64,000 nucleotides of DNA from Clostridia bacterium (lineage in GTDB: Bacteria > Bacillota > Clostridia > UMGS1810), in NCBI GenBank assembly GCA_045538875.1, contig JAZQEG010000003.1:19-64018 (forward strand), written 5' to 3'. The notes beneath the pieces were generated by a model, which searched no databases, was not told where the DNA came from, and saw only the letters and a list, made by a program, of their open reading frames with translations. A program made the translations under genes and the position numbers. Position 1 is the stretch's first letter, and each line of letters opens with the position of its first letter. Positions 1 to 10,378 of this stretch are shown in pieces.

Positions 1-66
1 TCGGGTACGGAGCCCACGCCACGCTCCGCGTGCCGCTCGTTCAAGTCATCAAAATACTTGCAAAAC

Positions 67-98
67 AAAAAGAACCACTTTGTAGTGGTCCTTTTTTG
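67..98. terminator. Bidirectional rho-independent terminator hairpin, directly downstream of tRNA-Trp on the minus strand
   Basis: Stem-loop GAACCACT-TTGT-AGTGGTCC, flanked by an A-run at 67-71 and a T-run at 92-97. Confidence 0.6.
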
Positions 99-100
99 TT

Positions 101-176
101 TGGCAGGGGTAGTAAGACTTGAACTCACGGCACGCGGTTTTGGAGACCGCTGCTCTACCAACTGAGCTATACCCCT
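101..176 (-). tRNA. trnW: tRNA-Trp (anticodon CCA)
   Basis: The reverse complement folds as a cloverleaf: acceptor AGGGGTA/TACCCCT, D-arm GCTCAGTTGGTAGAGC, anticodon stem GCGGT/ACCGC with loop CT-CCA-AA, T-arm GTGAG-TTCAAGT-CTTAC, and an encoded CCA end. Confidence 0.93.
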
Positions 177-313
177 ATATATTAACAACAGATTTAATTA
201 TACATTAAAAATGATATGGTGTCAATACATTTTGGCTAAAATTTTACAATGCGCATTACTCATGTTTAGCGCACATCCAAAGCAAACTCAAATATAAATA
301 TTTTAAAAATGGT

Positions 314-859
314 CTATATTTCATCCTCTATAGCTTGACGCAAAAGCTTTAATAAATCATCGTTGTTTTTTGCGTCATTGCTTGTTATGGCAACTGTACC
401 AAGCACAAGGGAATTGATTTTAAAAACCTTTTTGTCCCTTTGGTGTTGCTCATACTCTTTAAAATAGCTTGATGCAAGGTCTGTAATGATTTGCGCCATA
501 TTGAGATTTGCTTTTTTGCTCCCAAGATTCATCATAAATATTGAACGAAAGTGCGTATTTCCAATACAAAAGCGTACAAATGCAATACAGATTTCTACAA
601 GTTGTCTTCTTTTGTCGTTTTCAAATATCAAAATTACCTGCTGTGACAATGAAATCCACTGGTTATCCACATAGCTTATAATTTGGCCTATAAAATCATC
701 CTTATCTTTAAAATGCTTGTAGGGGGCTGCACATGAAACATTGCAGCTTGATGCTACTCTGCGCAGCGAAAAATCTCTAAAACCATGAAGTTCAAGCTCT
801 GTAAGGCCTGCTATTATTAATTTTTCTTTTATGGTTTCGGTTGCTACAAATTCTTCCAT
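314..859 (-). CDS. TetR/AcrR family transcriptional regulator
   Basis: 181 aa. N-terminal HTH region (FSLRRVASSCNVSCAAPYKHFKDKDDF) is typical of TetR_N. The C-terminal half is helical and variable. Confidence 0.85.
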   Translation of the reverse strand: MEEFVATETIKEKLIIAGLTELELHGFRDFSLRRVASSCNVSCAAPYKHFKDKDDFIGQIISYVDNQWISLSQQVILIFENDKRRQLVEICIAFVRFCIGNTHFRSIFMMNLGSKKANLNMAQIITDLASSYFKEYEQHQRDKKVFKINSLVLGTVAITSNDAKNNDDLLKLLRQAIEDEI

Positions 860-1167
860 TTATTACTCCTTGACACATTTTATATATACAAGTATATCAT
901 TAAAAAATTTTTTTTGCAACACTCTCTTTCGGATGATTTTTTGCGTTTTAACTATTGATATTTATTGCAATTTATGGTATAAAAGTAGTATAATGTTTTT
1001 TATCTACATACAATTTTCATTTTAAATATCATTAAAGGAATAAAAAGATTTTATAAACATATGTGTTTTAATAGCTGTTACAACACTTTTTTGGCTACCA
1101 CATATATTATAATTACAGACGACGTTATGTTTTAGTTTTATACCAAATAAAGAAAAGAGGAAAAACA

Positions 1168-2280
1168 ATGGTTATAGGTACAACCAAAGAACTTAAAAAT
1201 CATGAATACAGAGTAGGTCTTACTCCTGACAATGCTGCTGTATTAGTTGCCGACGGGCATATTGTGTATGTTGAAACAAAGGCAGGCGACGGCGCGGGCT
1301 TTACCGACGAAATGTATAAACAAGCAGGCGCAATTGTGCTTGATACTCCAACCGAGGTTTTTGAAAAATGCGATATGATTATTAAGGTAAAAGAGCCAGA
1401 AGCCTGTGAGTATGGCTACCTTAAGGAAGGACAGATACTTTATACATATTTACACCTTGCTCCAAATCCTGAGCTTACAAAAGCACTTATGGAGCGCAAT
1501 GTTAAAGCAGTTGCTTACGAAACAATTACCGATGAGGCAGGCAACCTCCCATGCCTTAGGCCTATGAGCCAGATTGCGGGCAGACTGAGTATTCAGGAGG
1601 GAGCAAAATACTTAGAGCGCTCATTTGGCGGCAGAGGAATTCTGCTTGGCGGCGTTCCGGGAGTAGAACGCGGCAAAATAGTAATTATCGGCGGAGGTGT
1701 TGCAGGTACATATGCGGCAAAAGCGGCTGTCGGTATTGATGCACAGGTTACACTGCTTGATGTAAACCTTAACAGACTTTCGTATCTTGAAGATGTGTTT
1801 GGCGCATCTGTTACAACAATGTACAGCACCGAGGCAAATATAACAAAAGCTCTCAAAGAGGCCGACCTTGTGATTGGTTCGGTCCTTATCCCGGGAGGCA
1901 AGGCTCCAAAGCTTATACGCAAGGAGCACCTCAAGCTTATGAAAAAGGGTTCTGTTATTGTTGATATTGCCATCGATCAGGGTGGTTGCTGCGAAACATC
2001 ACAGGTTACCACTCACGACAACCCTGTGTTTATTGAAGACGGCGTTGTTCACTACTGTGTTGGCAATATGCCGGGAGCAGTTCCTTATACATCTACTGTT
2101 GCGCTTTCAAACACAACCTTTAAGTATGCACGCCTTATGGCAAACAAGGGTTTTGAAGAGGCTGTTAAGCTTGATGAAGGCATAAAAAACGGTGTTAACA
2201 TTTATGACGGCAGATGCACAAACAAAAATGTTGCGTCTAGTTTAAACCTGGAATATACAGATATCGAAACACTCATATAA
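1168..2280 (+). CDS. ald: L-alanine dehydrogenase
   Basis: 370 aa. N-terminus MVIGTTKELKNHEYRVGLTP and Rossmann motif IIGGGVAGTYAAKAA match the Ald family. RBS AAGAGGA lies upstream. Confidence 0.92.
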   Translation: MVIGTTKELKNHEYRVGLTPDNAAVLVADGHIVYVETKAGDGAGFTDEMYKQAGAIVLDTPTEVFEKCDMIIKVKEPEACEYGYLKEGQILYTYLHLAPNPELTKALMERNVKAVAYETITDEAGNLPCLRPMSQIAGRLSIQEGAKYLERSFGGRGILLGGVPGVERGKIVIIGGGVAGTYAAKAAVGIDAQVTLLDVNLNRLSYLEDVFGASVTTMYSTEANITKALKEADLVIGSVLIPGGKAPKLIRKEHLKLMKKGSVIVDIAIDQGGCCETSQVTTHDNPVFIEDGVVHYCVGNMPGAVPYTSTVALSNTTFKYARLMANKGFEEAVKLDEGIKNGVNIYDGRCTNKNVASSLNLEYTDIETLI

Positions 2281-2292
2281 TTATTACAACAA

Positions 2293-2326
2293 GAAATTGC
2301 ATCGTCGGTTGATGCAATTTTTCTTT
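2293..2326 (+). terminator. Rho-independent terminator after ald
   Basis: Stem GAAATTGCATC / GATGCAATTT followed by a T-run. Confidence 0.7.
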
Positions 2327-2390
2327 ACAAAAGCAAAATTTGATGATATAATGTACAAAGTAATTTTAACGAGATTGAGGAGAATATACA

Positions 2391-3464
2391 ATGAGCAATC
2401 AAATTGATTTACAGGAAATTTTAAATCACTTCTCATACGATTCAAAAATCAGCAAATACGGAAATGGACATATAAATTATACATATTTAACTGAAGAAAG
2501 TGACTATATTTTGCAGAGGATTAATACAAATGTATTTAAAAATCCCCAACAGGTAATGGATAATATCGAAAGAGTTACCACTCATCTTCGCAAAAAAATC
2601 CAAGCTTTCGGCGGCAACCCCGACAGAGAAACACTTACTGTTGTAAAAACTCTTGATGGGAAAAATATGTACAAGCACGACGACAACAATTTTTTTAGAA
2701 TGTATAAATTTGTTGATGATACCATAAGCGTTGAGGATAATGCCACCAAAGAGGAGCTTGAAAGCGCAGGCAGAGGCTTTGGCAAATTTCAAAAATTTCT
2801 GGACGATTTTGATGCCAGTTCACTGTATGAAACAATTGTCAATTTTCACAACACACCAAGCCGTGTTGATGATTTAAAAGCTGCAATCAAAAATGATGTT
2901 GCAGGACGGGCAGCATCCGTTAAGGATGAAATAGATTTTGCGCTTGAATGTGCTGCGTTTGCCGATGTTGTTGTAAAAGGCATTGAGGATGGTTCAATTC
3001 CTCTTAGGGTTGCCCACAACGACACCAAAATCAACAACATACTTTTTGACAAAAACACTAAAGAAGCAATATGTGTAATTGACCTTGACACAGTTATGCC
3101 TGGCAGTGCTTTGTATGACTTTGGCGACGCACTGCGCATTGGGGCATCAACCGCCGCAGAGGATGAAGCAGACCTTAACAAGGTAAGCTTTGATTGTGAC
3201 AAGTTTAAAGCATTTGCAAAAGGCTATTTGTCCCAAATGAAGGATTTTCTTACCGATGCTGAAAAAAGCTTGCTCGCATTTTCGGCAAAGCTTTTAACCT
3301 TTGAGTGCGGCACAAGATTTTTGACAGATTATCTTAATGGTGATACATACTTTAAAATTAACCGCGAGCATCACAATCTCGATAGAGCACGCAATCAGTT
3401 TAAGCTTGTTAAAGATATATCCGAAAAAGAACCACAGCTCAATGCAATTATAAAATCAATATAA
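2391..3464 (+). CDS. APH-fold sugar kinase, probable N-acetylhexosamine 1-kinase (NahK/LnpB-like)
   Basis: 357 aa. Catalytic loop GSIPLRVAHNDTKINNILFD and IDLDTVMPGSALYDFGDALRIGAS are colinear with my recollection of Bifidobacterium NahK. Confidence 0.7.
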   Translation: MSNQIDLQEILNHFSYDSKISKYGNGHINYTYLTEESDYILQRINTNVFKNPQQVMDNIERVTTHLRKKIQAFGGNPDRETLTVVKTLDGKNMYKHDDNNFFRMYKFVDDTISVEDNATKEELESAGRGFGKFQKFLDDFDASSLYETIVNFHNTPSRVDDLKAAIKNDVAGRAASVKDEIDFALECAAFADVVVKGIEDGSIPLRVAHNDTKINNILFDKNTKEAICVIDLDTVMPGSALYDFGDALRIGASTAAEDEADLNKVSFDCDKFKAFAKGYLSQMKDFLTDAEKSLLAFSAKLLTFECGTRFLTDYLNGDTYFKINREHHNLDRARNQFKLVKDISEKEPQLNAIIKSI

Positions 3465-3498
3465 AATGGTGTTACCCGCTGGGTAACACCATTTTTTT
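3464..3498 (+). terminator. Rho-independent terminator (14-bp stem)
   Basis: AAATGGTGTTACCC-GCT-GGGTAACACCATTT followed by TTTTT. Confidence 0.8.
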
Positions 3499-3517
3499 GG
3501 TGACAGTTTTTTGCTTT

Positions 3518-3937
3518 TTATTCAGCTGTTCCGAGGCAGCCTGAAATGCATTTTATGATACATGCAACAGATGTTACAATAAGTGTAAAAAACGCAGGGA
3601 GCAAGCCTGTAATTATTGCACCTATAACGCTTGTAGCCGCAAAGGTAATACCAAGCAAAACAACAGCGGTCAGTATAGTGCCCAAAATTCCCCATATAAG
3701 TGCCAAAACTGCGGGGCAGATGCACCTGCCGCTGCCTGCACTGCGAGCAAAGTACACAGTTAGCGGAGTTGCCAAAAGGTATACTACAGCCGTGCCGAGC
3801 AATGCCCATAAAAATGCGGGAGTTACGGTTATTACAGCAGTAAATTGAAGAATAAAAGTAATTATGCCGACAATTATGCTTGCCGCAACTGCAAGCAATG
3901 TGCAGTCTTTTTTGCAATCACAATATGAATTTGACAT
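3518..3937 (-). CDS. Small polytopic membrane protein with Cys-rich termini (unknown function)
   Basis: 139 aa counted from the ATG preceded by GGAGGTG. The ORF-track start 9 nt upstream lies inside that RBS. Four predicted hydrophobic helices. CDC..C at the N-terminus and C..C..C at the C-terminus. Confidence 0.6.
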   Translation of the reverse strand: MSNSYCDCKKDCTLLAVAASIIVGIITFILQFTAVITVTPAFLWALLGTAVVYLLATPLTVYFARSAGSGRCICPAVLALIWGILGTILTAVVLLGITFAATSVIGAIITGLLPAFFTLIVTSVACIIKCISGCLGTAE

Positions 3938-4154
3938 ACAATTCACCTCCGATATATTTTATGATTAAAAATATAATTTGGTGAATAGTACTCCAATGGC
4001 TATGCACGGCGCAAAAAGGATATTGCAACAATCAACATTGCAGTGCATTAAAATGACACGCTCCCATATATTGCATTTGAATTATGTAAACCTGATGTGC
4101 TATCATATATAGGTGTTGTTTTTAGCACGCAAGTAATATAAGGGGGAAATACAA

Positions 4155-4763
4155 ATGAAAAAATTAATAGCCGCAGCAATGGCAGCAGTTTGCATTTTTG
4201 CAATTGGCTCAGTAAATGCTGCGTATTATACCACTCATACAGTTGTATCGGGTGACAGCATGTGGAAAATTGCAGTAAAATATGAGGTTGGGCTTAACGA
4301 AATAAAAAAGGCTAACCCACACCTAAAAAATCCTGACCTTATATATCCTGGTCAGGTTATAAACATTCCAAAAACAGATGCATCTGTTACCAATTACGAG
4401 AGCGAGGTAATCCGCCTTGTAAACGAAATTAGGGTAAAAAACGGGCTTAATGCTCTTACAGCAGACTGGGAGCTTAGCCGTGTTGCAAGAATAAAATCAC
4501 AGGATATGAAAGATAACAATTATTTTTCGCATACAAGCCCTGTTTACGGCTCACCTTTTAATATGATAAAAAACTTTGGTATTTCATATAAGAGTGCTGC
4601 CGAAAATATTGCAAAAGGCCAGTCCACACCGCAAGCGGTTGTAAATGCGTGGATGAACTCGTCGGGGCACAGAGCAAATATTTTAAATAGCTCATACACA
4701 AAAATCGGCGTGGGCTATGTATCGGGAGGACATTATTGGACACAGATGTTTATACGTCAGTAA
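4155..4763 (+). CDS. Secreted LysM-domain plus CAP/SCP (YkwD-like) domain protein
   Basis: Signal peptide MKKLIAAAMAAVCIFAIGSVNA. LysM segment (HTVVSGDSMWKIAVKYEVGLNEIKKANP...PGQVINIP). CAP motifs (NAWMNSSGHRANIL, YWTQMF). Confidence 0.85.
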   Translation: MKKLIAAAMAAVCIFAIGSVNAAYYTTHTVVSGDSMWKIAVKYEVGLNEIKKANPHLKNPDLIYPGQVINIPKTDASVTNYESEVIRLVNEIRVKNGLNALTADWELSRVARIKSQDMKDNNYFSHTSPVYGSPFNMIKNFGISYKSAAENIAKGQSTPQAVVNAWMNSSGHRANILNSSYTKIGVGYVSGGHYWTQMFIRQ

Positions 4764-4766
4764 AAC

Positions 4767-4813
4767 AACAAGGTGTGTAAAAAACTGTTGATTTTTTACA
4801 CACCTTGTTAATT
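4767..4813. terminator. Bidirectional terminator between convergent genes
   Basis: 18-bp perfect stem AACAAGGTGTGTAAAAAA / TTTTTTACACACCTTGTT with a 7-nt loop. Confidence 0.8.
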
Positions 4814-5617
4814 TTATAGGTTTTGTTCAACAAATTTACCGTTTTTTATTACGCAAACAGTTTTAAAGCCCAGCTGTTTAAGTTTAGTTTGTGCCTCATC
4901 AAAGCAGTAGTCCAAAAGCTCTTTTTTGTGGCAGTCGGATGTAATAATTACCCTGCCGTTTTTTTGAGCAATTTGCTTTAAAACCGAGTCGCTCGGGTAC
5001 AGTTCGCCCTGATAAAATTTGCCCGAAGTATTGAGCTCAAAAATAACATCGGTTTTAATCAGCTCATTTACTGCATCCATTGATGCATTTACATACCTTG
5101 GGTTGTTATTGTCAAAAAGCTGTCCGTCTTTGTTGTATTTTTTTATAAGGTCAAAGTGGCCTATTATATCGCAGTTAGTTTTTTTCTTTAAATTGGCAAC
5201 AGTTTGGTAATATGCCTCACAGCAGGCATATATATCCCCGTTAAAAAATTCATCGGTGGCTTTTTTTACCTGCTCAATGCTTTCGTCAACGGGTAGCATA
5301 TTTGAGCCATTGGCAAAATAATGTACCGAGCCTATTATGTAATCGTATACTCGGTCATCTGTTGAAAAATAGTCTTTTTCAATGCCACAGTATATTTGTA
5401 TTTGATCATTATATTTTTGTTTAAGCTTGCCTATATTTGTAACATACAAATCTGTTTCGATATTGCTCATACAGTAACTCAAATCAAAATCGGTAAACGA
5501 ATGCCCCGAAAAGCCTATTGCATCAAAGCCTTTTTGTATTGCAGTTACAACTGTATCTTCTAGTCGGTCGCTTCCGTCGCAAAGTGTGCTGTGGGTATGC
5601 AGGTTGCATTTAATCAT
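4814..5617 (-). CDS. hisK: Histidinol-phosphatase, PHP family (HisK/HisJ type)
   Basis: 267 aa. PHP metal motif [12 protein letters not shown] at the N-terminus. Last gene of the his operon, with a 4-nt overlap with hisIE. Confidence 0.85.
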   Translation of the reverse strand: MIKCNLHTHSTLCDGSDRLEDTVVTAIQKGFDAIGFSGHSFTDFDLSYCMSNIETDLYVTNIGKLKQKYNDQIQIYCGIEKDYFSTDDRVYDYIIGSVHYFANGSNMLPVDESIEQVKKATDEFFNGDIYACCEAYYQTVANLKKKTNCDIIGHFDLIKKYNKDGQLFDNNNPRYVNASMDAVNELIKTDVIFELNTSGKFYQGELYPSDSVLKQIAQKNGRVIITSDCHKKELLDYCFDEAQTKLKQLGFKTVCVIKNGKFVEQNL

Positions 5618-6264
5618 GATGTCATCTTCTCCTGCTTTACCTTGTGGTCTATTACATGTCGGGATGCAAGCTCTGCCTTTATTTGGTCAACCGAAATGCC
5701 CATTTCGCACATCATAACAAGTATGTGATATGCAAGGTCGGCAACCTCGTATATTGTTTCTTTTTTGTCATCTGCCTTTGCCGCAATAATTACCTCGGTG
5801 CATTCTTCGCCTACTTTTTTGAGAATTTTGTCAATGCCCTTTTCAAAAAGGTAGGTTGTGTATGAGCCATCTTTTTTGTTTAGCTTTCTGCCTTCTATGA
5901 GCTTTTCAAGCCCTTCCATCGAAAATGTACTGTATTCATCATTTTTGTAAACCTCGTTTGTAAAGCACGAGTCAGAGCCAAGGTGGCAGGCAGGCCCGTC
6001 TTTTACTACACTTACTGTAAGGGCATCCATATCGCAGTCGGCAGTAATAGATACAATGTGCTGATAGTTGCCGCTTGTTTCGCCCTTGAGCCACAGCTCA
6101 TTTCGTGAGCGGCTGTAAAAGCAGGTAAGTCCCTTTTGCATAGAAATTTCAAGGCTCTCTTTGTTCATATATGCAACAGTTAAAACTTTTTTTGTTATGG
6201 CATCAACAACAACTGCAGGTATAAGTCCTTTTTCGTCAAATTTCAATTTGTTTATATCAAACAT
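5614..6264 (-). CDS. hisIE: Bifunctional phosphoribosyl-AMP cyclohydrolase / phosphoribosyl-ATP pyrophosphatase
   Basis: 216 aa. The HisI half carries [18 protein letters not shown] and CD.DAL. The HisE half carries [11 protein letters not shown] and [11 protein letters not shown]. Confidence 0.93.
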   Translation of the reverse strand: MFDINKLKFDEKGLIPAVVVDAITKKVLTVAYMNKESLEISMQKGLTCFYSRSRNELWLKGETSGNYQHIVSITADCDMDALTVSVVKDGPACHLGSDSCFTNEVYKNDEYSTFSMEGLEKLIEGRKLNKKDGSYTTYLFEKGIDKILKKVGEECTEVIIAAKADDKKETIYEVADLAYHILVMMCEMGISVDQIKAELASRHVIDHKVKQEKMTS

Positions 6265-6278
6265 ATTATTATCCTTTC

Positions 6279-7037
6279 TTATATACGCACGGTTACACCG
6301 TCGTTTTTTAAATACTCTTTAAGGTTAGGTATCGCAACCGAACCAAAATGGAATATAGATGCTGCAAGCCCTGCGTCAACATTAGGTACTGCTTTAAACA
6401 GCTTTGAAAAATCCTCCATACAGCCTGCTCCGCCCGAGGCTATAACAGGCACATTTACGGCACTGCATACCTGCTTAAGCAGCTCTATGTCAAAGCCTGC
6501 CTTTACTCCGTCGGTGTCGATAGAGTTTACCACAACCTCGCCTGCACCCATAGCAACACATTTTTTTATCCACTGTATTGCTTCCATTCCTGTAGACTCT
6601 CTGCCGCCTTTTGCATATACGGTAAACTGCCCGTTTTCTCTTTTTATATCAGCCGAAAGTACTACGCACTGGTCGCCGTATTTTTGAGCCGCTTGTTTAA
6701 TGAGCAACGGGTTTTTTATTGCTCCCGAATTTACGCTTACCTTGTCGGCACCGCATTTGAGCACTCTGTCAAAGTCATCAATTGTGTTAATGCCTCCGCC
6801 AACAGTTAATGGTATAAATATTTGGCTTGCTACCTCACGCAAAATGTCGGTAAATAATTTGCGGCCTTCAAAAGATGCTGTTATGTCGTAAAACACCAGC
6901 TCGTCTGCACCGCAATCGCTGTAGTATTTTGCAAGCTCAACAGGTGACGAAACATCACAAAGCCCCTCAAAATTAACTCCTTTTACCACTCTGCCATTTC
7001 TTACATCAAGGCAGGGGATAATTCTTTTGGTAATCAT
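6279..7037 (-). CDS. hisF: Imidazole glycerol phosphate synthase, cyclase subunit
   Basis: Start taken at [20 protein letters not shown], the canonical HisF N-terminus, which gives an ATGA overlap with the hisA stop. The 30 extra codons in the ORF track overlap hisA. Confidence 0.93.
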   Translation of the reverse strand: MITKRIIPCLDVRNGRVVKGVNFEGLCDVSSPVELAKYYSDCGADELVFYDITASFEGRKLFTDILREVASQIFIPLTVGGGINTIDDFDRVLKCGADKVSVNSGAIKNPLLIKQAAQKYGDQCVVLSADIKRENGQFTVYAKGGRESTGMEAIQWIKKCVAMGAGEVVVNSIDTDGVKAGFDIELLKQVCSAVNVPVIASGGAGCMEDFSKLFKAVPNVDAGLAASIFHFGSVAIPNLKEYLKNDGVTVRI

Positions 7038-7756
7038 ATGCCATCGCCTCCCTCTAAAACAGCGTCGGCAATATCTATTGCTCCTGTGTAATATGCCTTG
7101 CCTATAATTGCGCCGTAAAGGTTGCATTTTGCGAGGTTTTTTATATCCTCAATTGAGGTTACTCCGCCAGATGCCGTAATTGAAATGTTGTATTTTTTGT
7201 TAAGAGCGTCATACATATTGTGGTCGATGCCTTTCATTGCACCATCTTTTGATACATCTGTGCATATAACATATTTAACGCCTAAGTTTTCCATTTTTGC
7301 AAAAAATTCATCGCCTGTGTATTTGGATTTTTCTATCCAGCCTTTTATTGCCACATAGCCGTCTTTAATGTCTATGCCCGCCGCAATTTTGTCACCGTAT
7401 TTTTGTATGCACTCGGTCAAAAATGCCTCATCTGTAACTGCCGCGGTACCGAGTATTACCCTGTCAACACCTATAGAGAGGTATTTTTCTACAGTTTGTA
7501 TGCTTCGTATGCCACCGCCAAGCTCAACAAAGCAATCGCAGTTGTCTATTATTTTTTTTATTGTTTGCATATTGGGAGTGCCGCCTGTTTTTGCACCCTC
7601 AAGGTCTACAAGGTGCAGGTATTTGGCACCGCCTTGCATAAATTTTTTAACAATATTTACGGGGTTGTTGTCGTACACTGTCATATTGTTGTAATCACCC
7701 TTAAACAGTCGTACTGCCTTGCCCTCATATATGTCTATTGCAGGAAAAATTTTCAT
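7034..7756 (-). CDS. hisA: ProFAR isomerase
   Basis: 240 aa. [17 protein letters not shown] and the (beta/alpha)8 phosphate-binding GG motifs. Confidence 0.93.
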   Translation of the reverse strand: MKIFPAIDIYEGKAVRLFKGDYNNMTVYDNNPVNIVKKFMQGGAKYLHLVDLEGAKTGGTPNMQTIKKIIDNCDCFVELGGGIRSIQTVEKYLSIGVDRVILGTAAVTDEAFLTECIQKYGDKIAAGIDIKDGYVAIKGWIEKSKYTGDEFFAKMENLGVKYVICTDVSKDGAMKGIDHNMYDALNKKYNISITASGGVTSIEDIKNLAKCNLYGAIIGKAYYTGAIDIADAVLEGGDGI

Positions 7757-7771
7757 ATGTTATCCTTTCTG

Positions 7772-8380
7772 TTAAAGCTCACAAAATGCCCTTAAAATAT
7801 TAAGCCCTACATTGCCGCTTTTTTCGGGGTGAAACTGACATCCGTACACATTGCCTTTTTGCACTGTTGCTGTAATATCAGCACCATATGGGGCAGTTGA
7901 GGTAATTGCTTCATCACAATCACACGCATAGTAGGAGTGCACAAAGTACACAAAGTCACCGTTGTTTATATATTTAAAAAGCTTGCTTTGCTTTTTAAAC
8001 TCCAGCTTGTTCCAGCCAATGTGAGGAATTTTAAGTTGTTTTGGAATTTTTTGCTCCATAGGTACAATGCTGCCGTGTATAAGCCCCAGCCCCTCGTGCT
8101 CGCCATACTCATAGCTTTTGTCAAAAAGCAGCTGCATACCAAGGCATATGCCCATAAGAGGCTTGCCGTTTTTGGCAAGTTCTGTAACAACCTTGTCAAG
8201 CCCTGTGCTTTTAAGCTTTGATGCGGCATCGCAAAACGCTCCTACACCAGGTAAAATTATTTTGTCTGCCTTTTGGAGCAACGCTTTGTCGCTTGTAACC
8301 ACAGTTTGTGCACCTATTGCTTTAAATGAGCTCTCGAGCGAAAACAAGTTGCCCACGCCGTAATCTATAATTGCAATCAT
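7772..8380 (-). CDS. hisH: Imidazole glycerol phosphate synthase, glutaminase subunit
   Basis: 202 aa. MIAIIDYGVGNLFS, nucleophile Cys in GICLGMQLL, and FHPEKS. Confidence 0.93.
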   Translation of the reverse strand: MIAIIDYGVGNLFSLESSFKAIGAQTVVTSDKALLQKADKIILPGVGAFCDAASKLKSTGLDKVVTELAKNGKPLMGICLGMQLLFDKSYEYGEHEGLGLIHGSIVPMEQKIPKQLKIPHIGWNKLEFKKQSKLFKYINNGDFVYFVHSYYACDCDEAITSTAPYGADITATVQKGNVYGCQFHPEKSGNVGLNILRAFCEL

Positions 8381-8384
8381 TATT

Positions 8385-8972
8385 TTATAATACTCCTTTG
8401 GTAGACGGAATATCGTCTTTGTATTTTGGGTCGATTTGGACAGCGTCTTTTAGCACTCTTGCAACCGCCTTAAAGCAAGCCTCGCCAATGTGATGAGAGT
8501 TGCCTCCGTATATTTTTTTGATGTGCAGCGTAATACCTGCATTTGATACAAACGCCTCAAAAAATTCTTTAAATAGCTCTGTGTCAAAATCGCCTATTTT
8601 GTATGTAGGAAATTCTGCATCAAACACAAGGTGGCTCCTGCCCGAAATATCAACAGCAGCAAGCACAAGTGATTCGTCCATAGGCAAGTGAATATCTGCA
8701 TATCTTAATATACCCTTCATATCGCCAACAGCAGTTTTAAATGCTTTGCCAAGGCATATGCCTATGTCCTCTGCACTGTGGTGAAAGTCTACCCACACAT
8801 CACCCTTGCAAGTTACATCAAGGTCAAAACGGCTGTGCTTTGCAAAAAGTGTAAGCATATGGTCTAAAAAGCCTATTCCTGTGTTAATGTTTGATTTGCC
8901 GCTGCCGTCAAGGTTTAGCTTTAAGCAAATATCGGTTTCGTTTGTTTTTCGGTTAATTTCAGCACATCTCAT
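8385..8972 (-). CDS. hisB: Imidazoleglycerol-phosphate dehydratase
   Basis: 195 aa. IGPD motifs [17 protein letters not shown] and [10 protein letters not shown]. Confidence 0.93.
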   Translation of the reverse strand: MRCAEINRKTNETDICLKLNLDGSGKSNINTGIGFLDHMLTLFAKHSRFDLDVTCKGDVWVDFHHSAEDIGICLGKAFKTAVGDMKGILRYADIHLPMDESLVLAAVDISGRSHLVFDAEFPTYKIGDFDTELFKEFFEAFVSNAGITLHIKKIYGGNSHHIGEACFKAVARVLKDAVQIDPKYKDDIPSTKGVL

Positions 8973-8973
8973 A

Positions 8974-10035
8974 TCAGTATACCTCTACAATTTTTTTGAT
9001 TATTTGTATAAACTTTTCCATTTGCTCCATCGAGCCAATGGTAATACGGTTAAATTCACAAATTCGGGGGTTGTCAAAGTGGCGTACCAGCACGCCATTT
9101 TGCTTTAATTTAACATACAATTCGCTTCCCCGTATTTTTTTAGTTGCAGCAAAAACAAAATTTGCCTGTGACTCAACTACATCAAAGCCAAGCTTTTCAA
9201 GCTGTTCGGTTACATACTGCCTTGTTTGTATTATTTTTTTGCAGTTGTCCATATAGTAATTGTTGTTTTCAATAACTGCAATTCCTGCAGCCATTGTCAT
9301 TCTGTTTACACTATACGGATTGGTAGAAAATTTAATTGTTGCAAGGTCATCAATTATTGCCTTTGATGCAATTGCAAAACCAAGGCGCGCACCTGCCATA
9401 CTGCGCGATTTGGAAAATGTTTGCACAACAAGCAGGTTGTCGTATTTGTTTATAAGAGAGCAGCAGCTTTTTGCACCAAAATCCACATATGCTTCGTCAA
9501 TAACTACCACATTGTCGGGGTTGTTTTTGAGTATGCTCTCTATTTTATCAATGCTCATTTCAATCCCTGTTGGTGCATTTGGGTTTGCAATAAACACAGG
9601 GCCGCTTGCATTGTAATAATGCCGTGGGTTAATTGTAAAGTCATCGCGCAGCGGTATTTGCCTGTAATTTACACCGTTAAGGTTTGCAAACACTTTGTAA
9701 AACCCATATGTTATATCGGGGAACAGAGCTGTTTTGCCTGTGTCACCAAATGCCGCAAATGCAAAATTGAGTATATCGTCAGAGCCGTTTGATACCAGCA
9801 CATTTTCTGCTTTTACATTGTAAATGTGCGCAATTTTTTCTCTCAAAATGCTGCATTCGGGGTCGGGGTAAAGCGCCAATTTGTCTACCTCGCCCAATAC
9901 AGCATCAAGCACATTTTGCGCGGGAGGATAGGGCGATTCGTTTGTGTTAAGCTTTATGTACTGCATATCCTTTGGTTGCTCGCCCGGTGTGTATGCAGTA
10001 AGTTTGTTGAGTTTTGAACTAAAAAATCTGCTCAT
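8974..10035 (-). CDS. hisC: Histidinol-phosphate aminotransferase
   Basis: 353 aa. Class-II aminotransferase with the PLP-lysine context [14 protein letters not shown]. Confidence 0.92.
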   Translation of the reverse strand: MSRFFSSKLNKLTAYTPGEQPKDMQYIKLNTNESPYPPAQNVLDAVLGEVDKLALYPDPECSILREKIAHIYNVKAENVLVSNGSDDILNFAFAAFGDTGKTALFPDITYGFYKVFANLNGVNYRQIPLRDDFTINPRHYYNASGPVFIANPNAPTGIEMSIDKIESILKNNPDNVVVIDEAYVDFGAKSCCSLINKYDNLLVVQTFSKSRSMAGARLGFAIASKAIIDDLATIKFSTNPYSVNRMTMAAGIAVIENNNYYMDNCKKIIQTRQYVTEQLEKLGFDVVESQANFVFAATKKIRGSELYVKLKQNGVLVRHFDNPRICEFNRITIGSMEQMEKFIQIIKKIVEVY

Positions 10036-10065
10036 AGTAACAATCCTTTATAATGATATAGGGTA

Positions 10066-10171
10066 TCGTAGTTCAATGAAAAACAAAGCAATTATTAACA
10101 GTACTACGATGATAATTATTTGTTATTAGCGAACTATTTAGTGCCATATTAAATTCATTGAACGGTTATCG
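10066..10171. repeat. Copy 1 of a 106-bp AT-rich direct repeat inside the hisD-hisC intergenic region
   Basis: Identical to 10273-10378 except one C/T difference at position 10089 versus 10296. Internally self-complementary (GTTCAATGAA...TTCATTGAAC, CGTAGT...ACTACG, AACAAA..AATTAT/ATAATT.TTTGTT). Confidence 0.95.
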
Positions 10172-10272
10172 TAAGTGAGTACAAGAAGGATAAAAATTGA
10201 TGATAAACGGACGAACTGAACCCGCAGGGGTTACCCGAAGGCGTATGTGATACGCCGAGAGGTGAAGTTCGT
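10172..10272. other. GC-rich structured core between the two repeat copies
   Basis: Outer stem ACGAACT(10211-17)/AGTTCGT(10266-72) plus ACC/GGT. It encloses a small GGG-GTTA-CCC hairpin and a 7-bp GGCGTAT-GTG-ATACGCC hairpin. Local GC is far above the flanks. Confidence 0.6.
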
Positions 10273-10378
10273 TCGTAGTTCAATGAAAAACAAAGTAATT
10301 ATTAACAGTACTACGATGATAATTATTTGTTATTAGCGAACTATTTAGTGCCATATTAAATTCATTGAACGGTTATCG
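10273..10378. repeat. Copy 2 of the 106-bp direct repeat
   Basis: See copy 1. It ends 6 nt from the hisD stop codon. The repeat period is 207 bp. Confidence 0.95.

Noticed and set aside
3947-4154. Sporulation-sigma (SigE/SigK) promoters upstream of the LysM/CAP gene
   Set aside because: CATA-type -10 boxes are present, but no correctly spaced -35 element could be aligned by eye.
7038-7127. N-terminal extensions in the ORF track for hisF; also ligA 46369-46455, nucleotidyltransferase 54324-54491, rpoB 28189-28221, L7Ae-family gene 36106-36192 and scaffold 61812-61940
   Set aside because: The extensions overlap upstream genes or regulatory RNA. They lack RBSs and precede canonical family N-termini that do have good RBSs.
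10205-10272. Hammerhead-type ribozyme in the three-stem core
   Set aside because: The junction strands (CGCA/GAA/GAGA on plus, UCUC/UUC/UGCG on minus) lack the CUGANGA and GAAA cores on either strand.
10066-10378. CRISPR-like array, or a small-ORF (17-aa MKNK(A/V)IINSTTMIIICY) toxin in each repeat
   Set aside because: There are only two copies, the 106-bp repeat is far too long for CRISPR, and no cas genes are present. The 17-aa ORF has no RBS and is too short for a convincing type I toxin.
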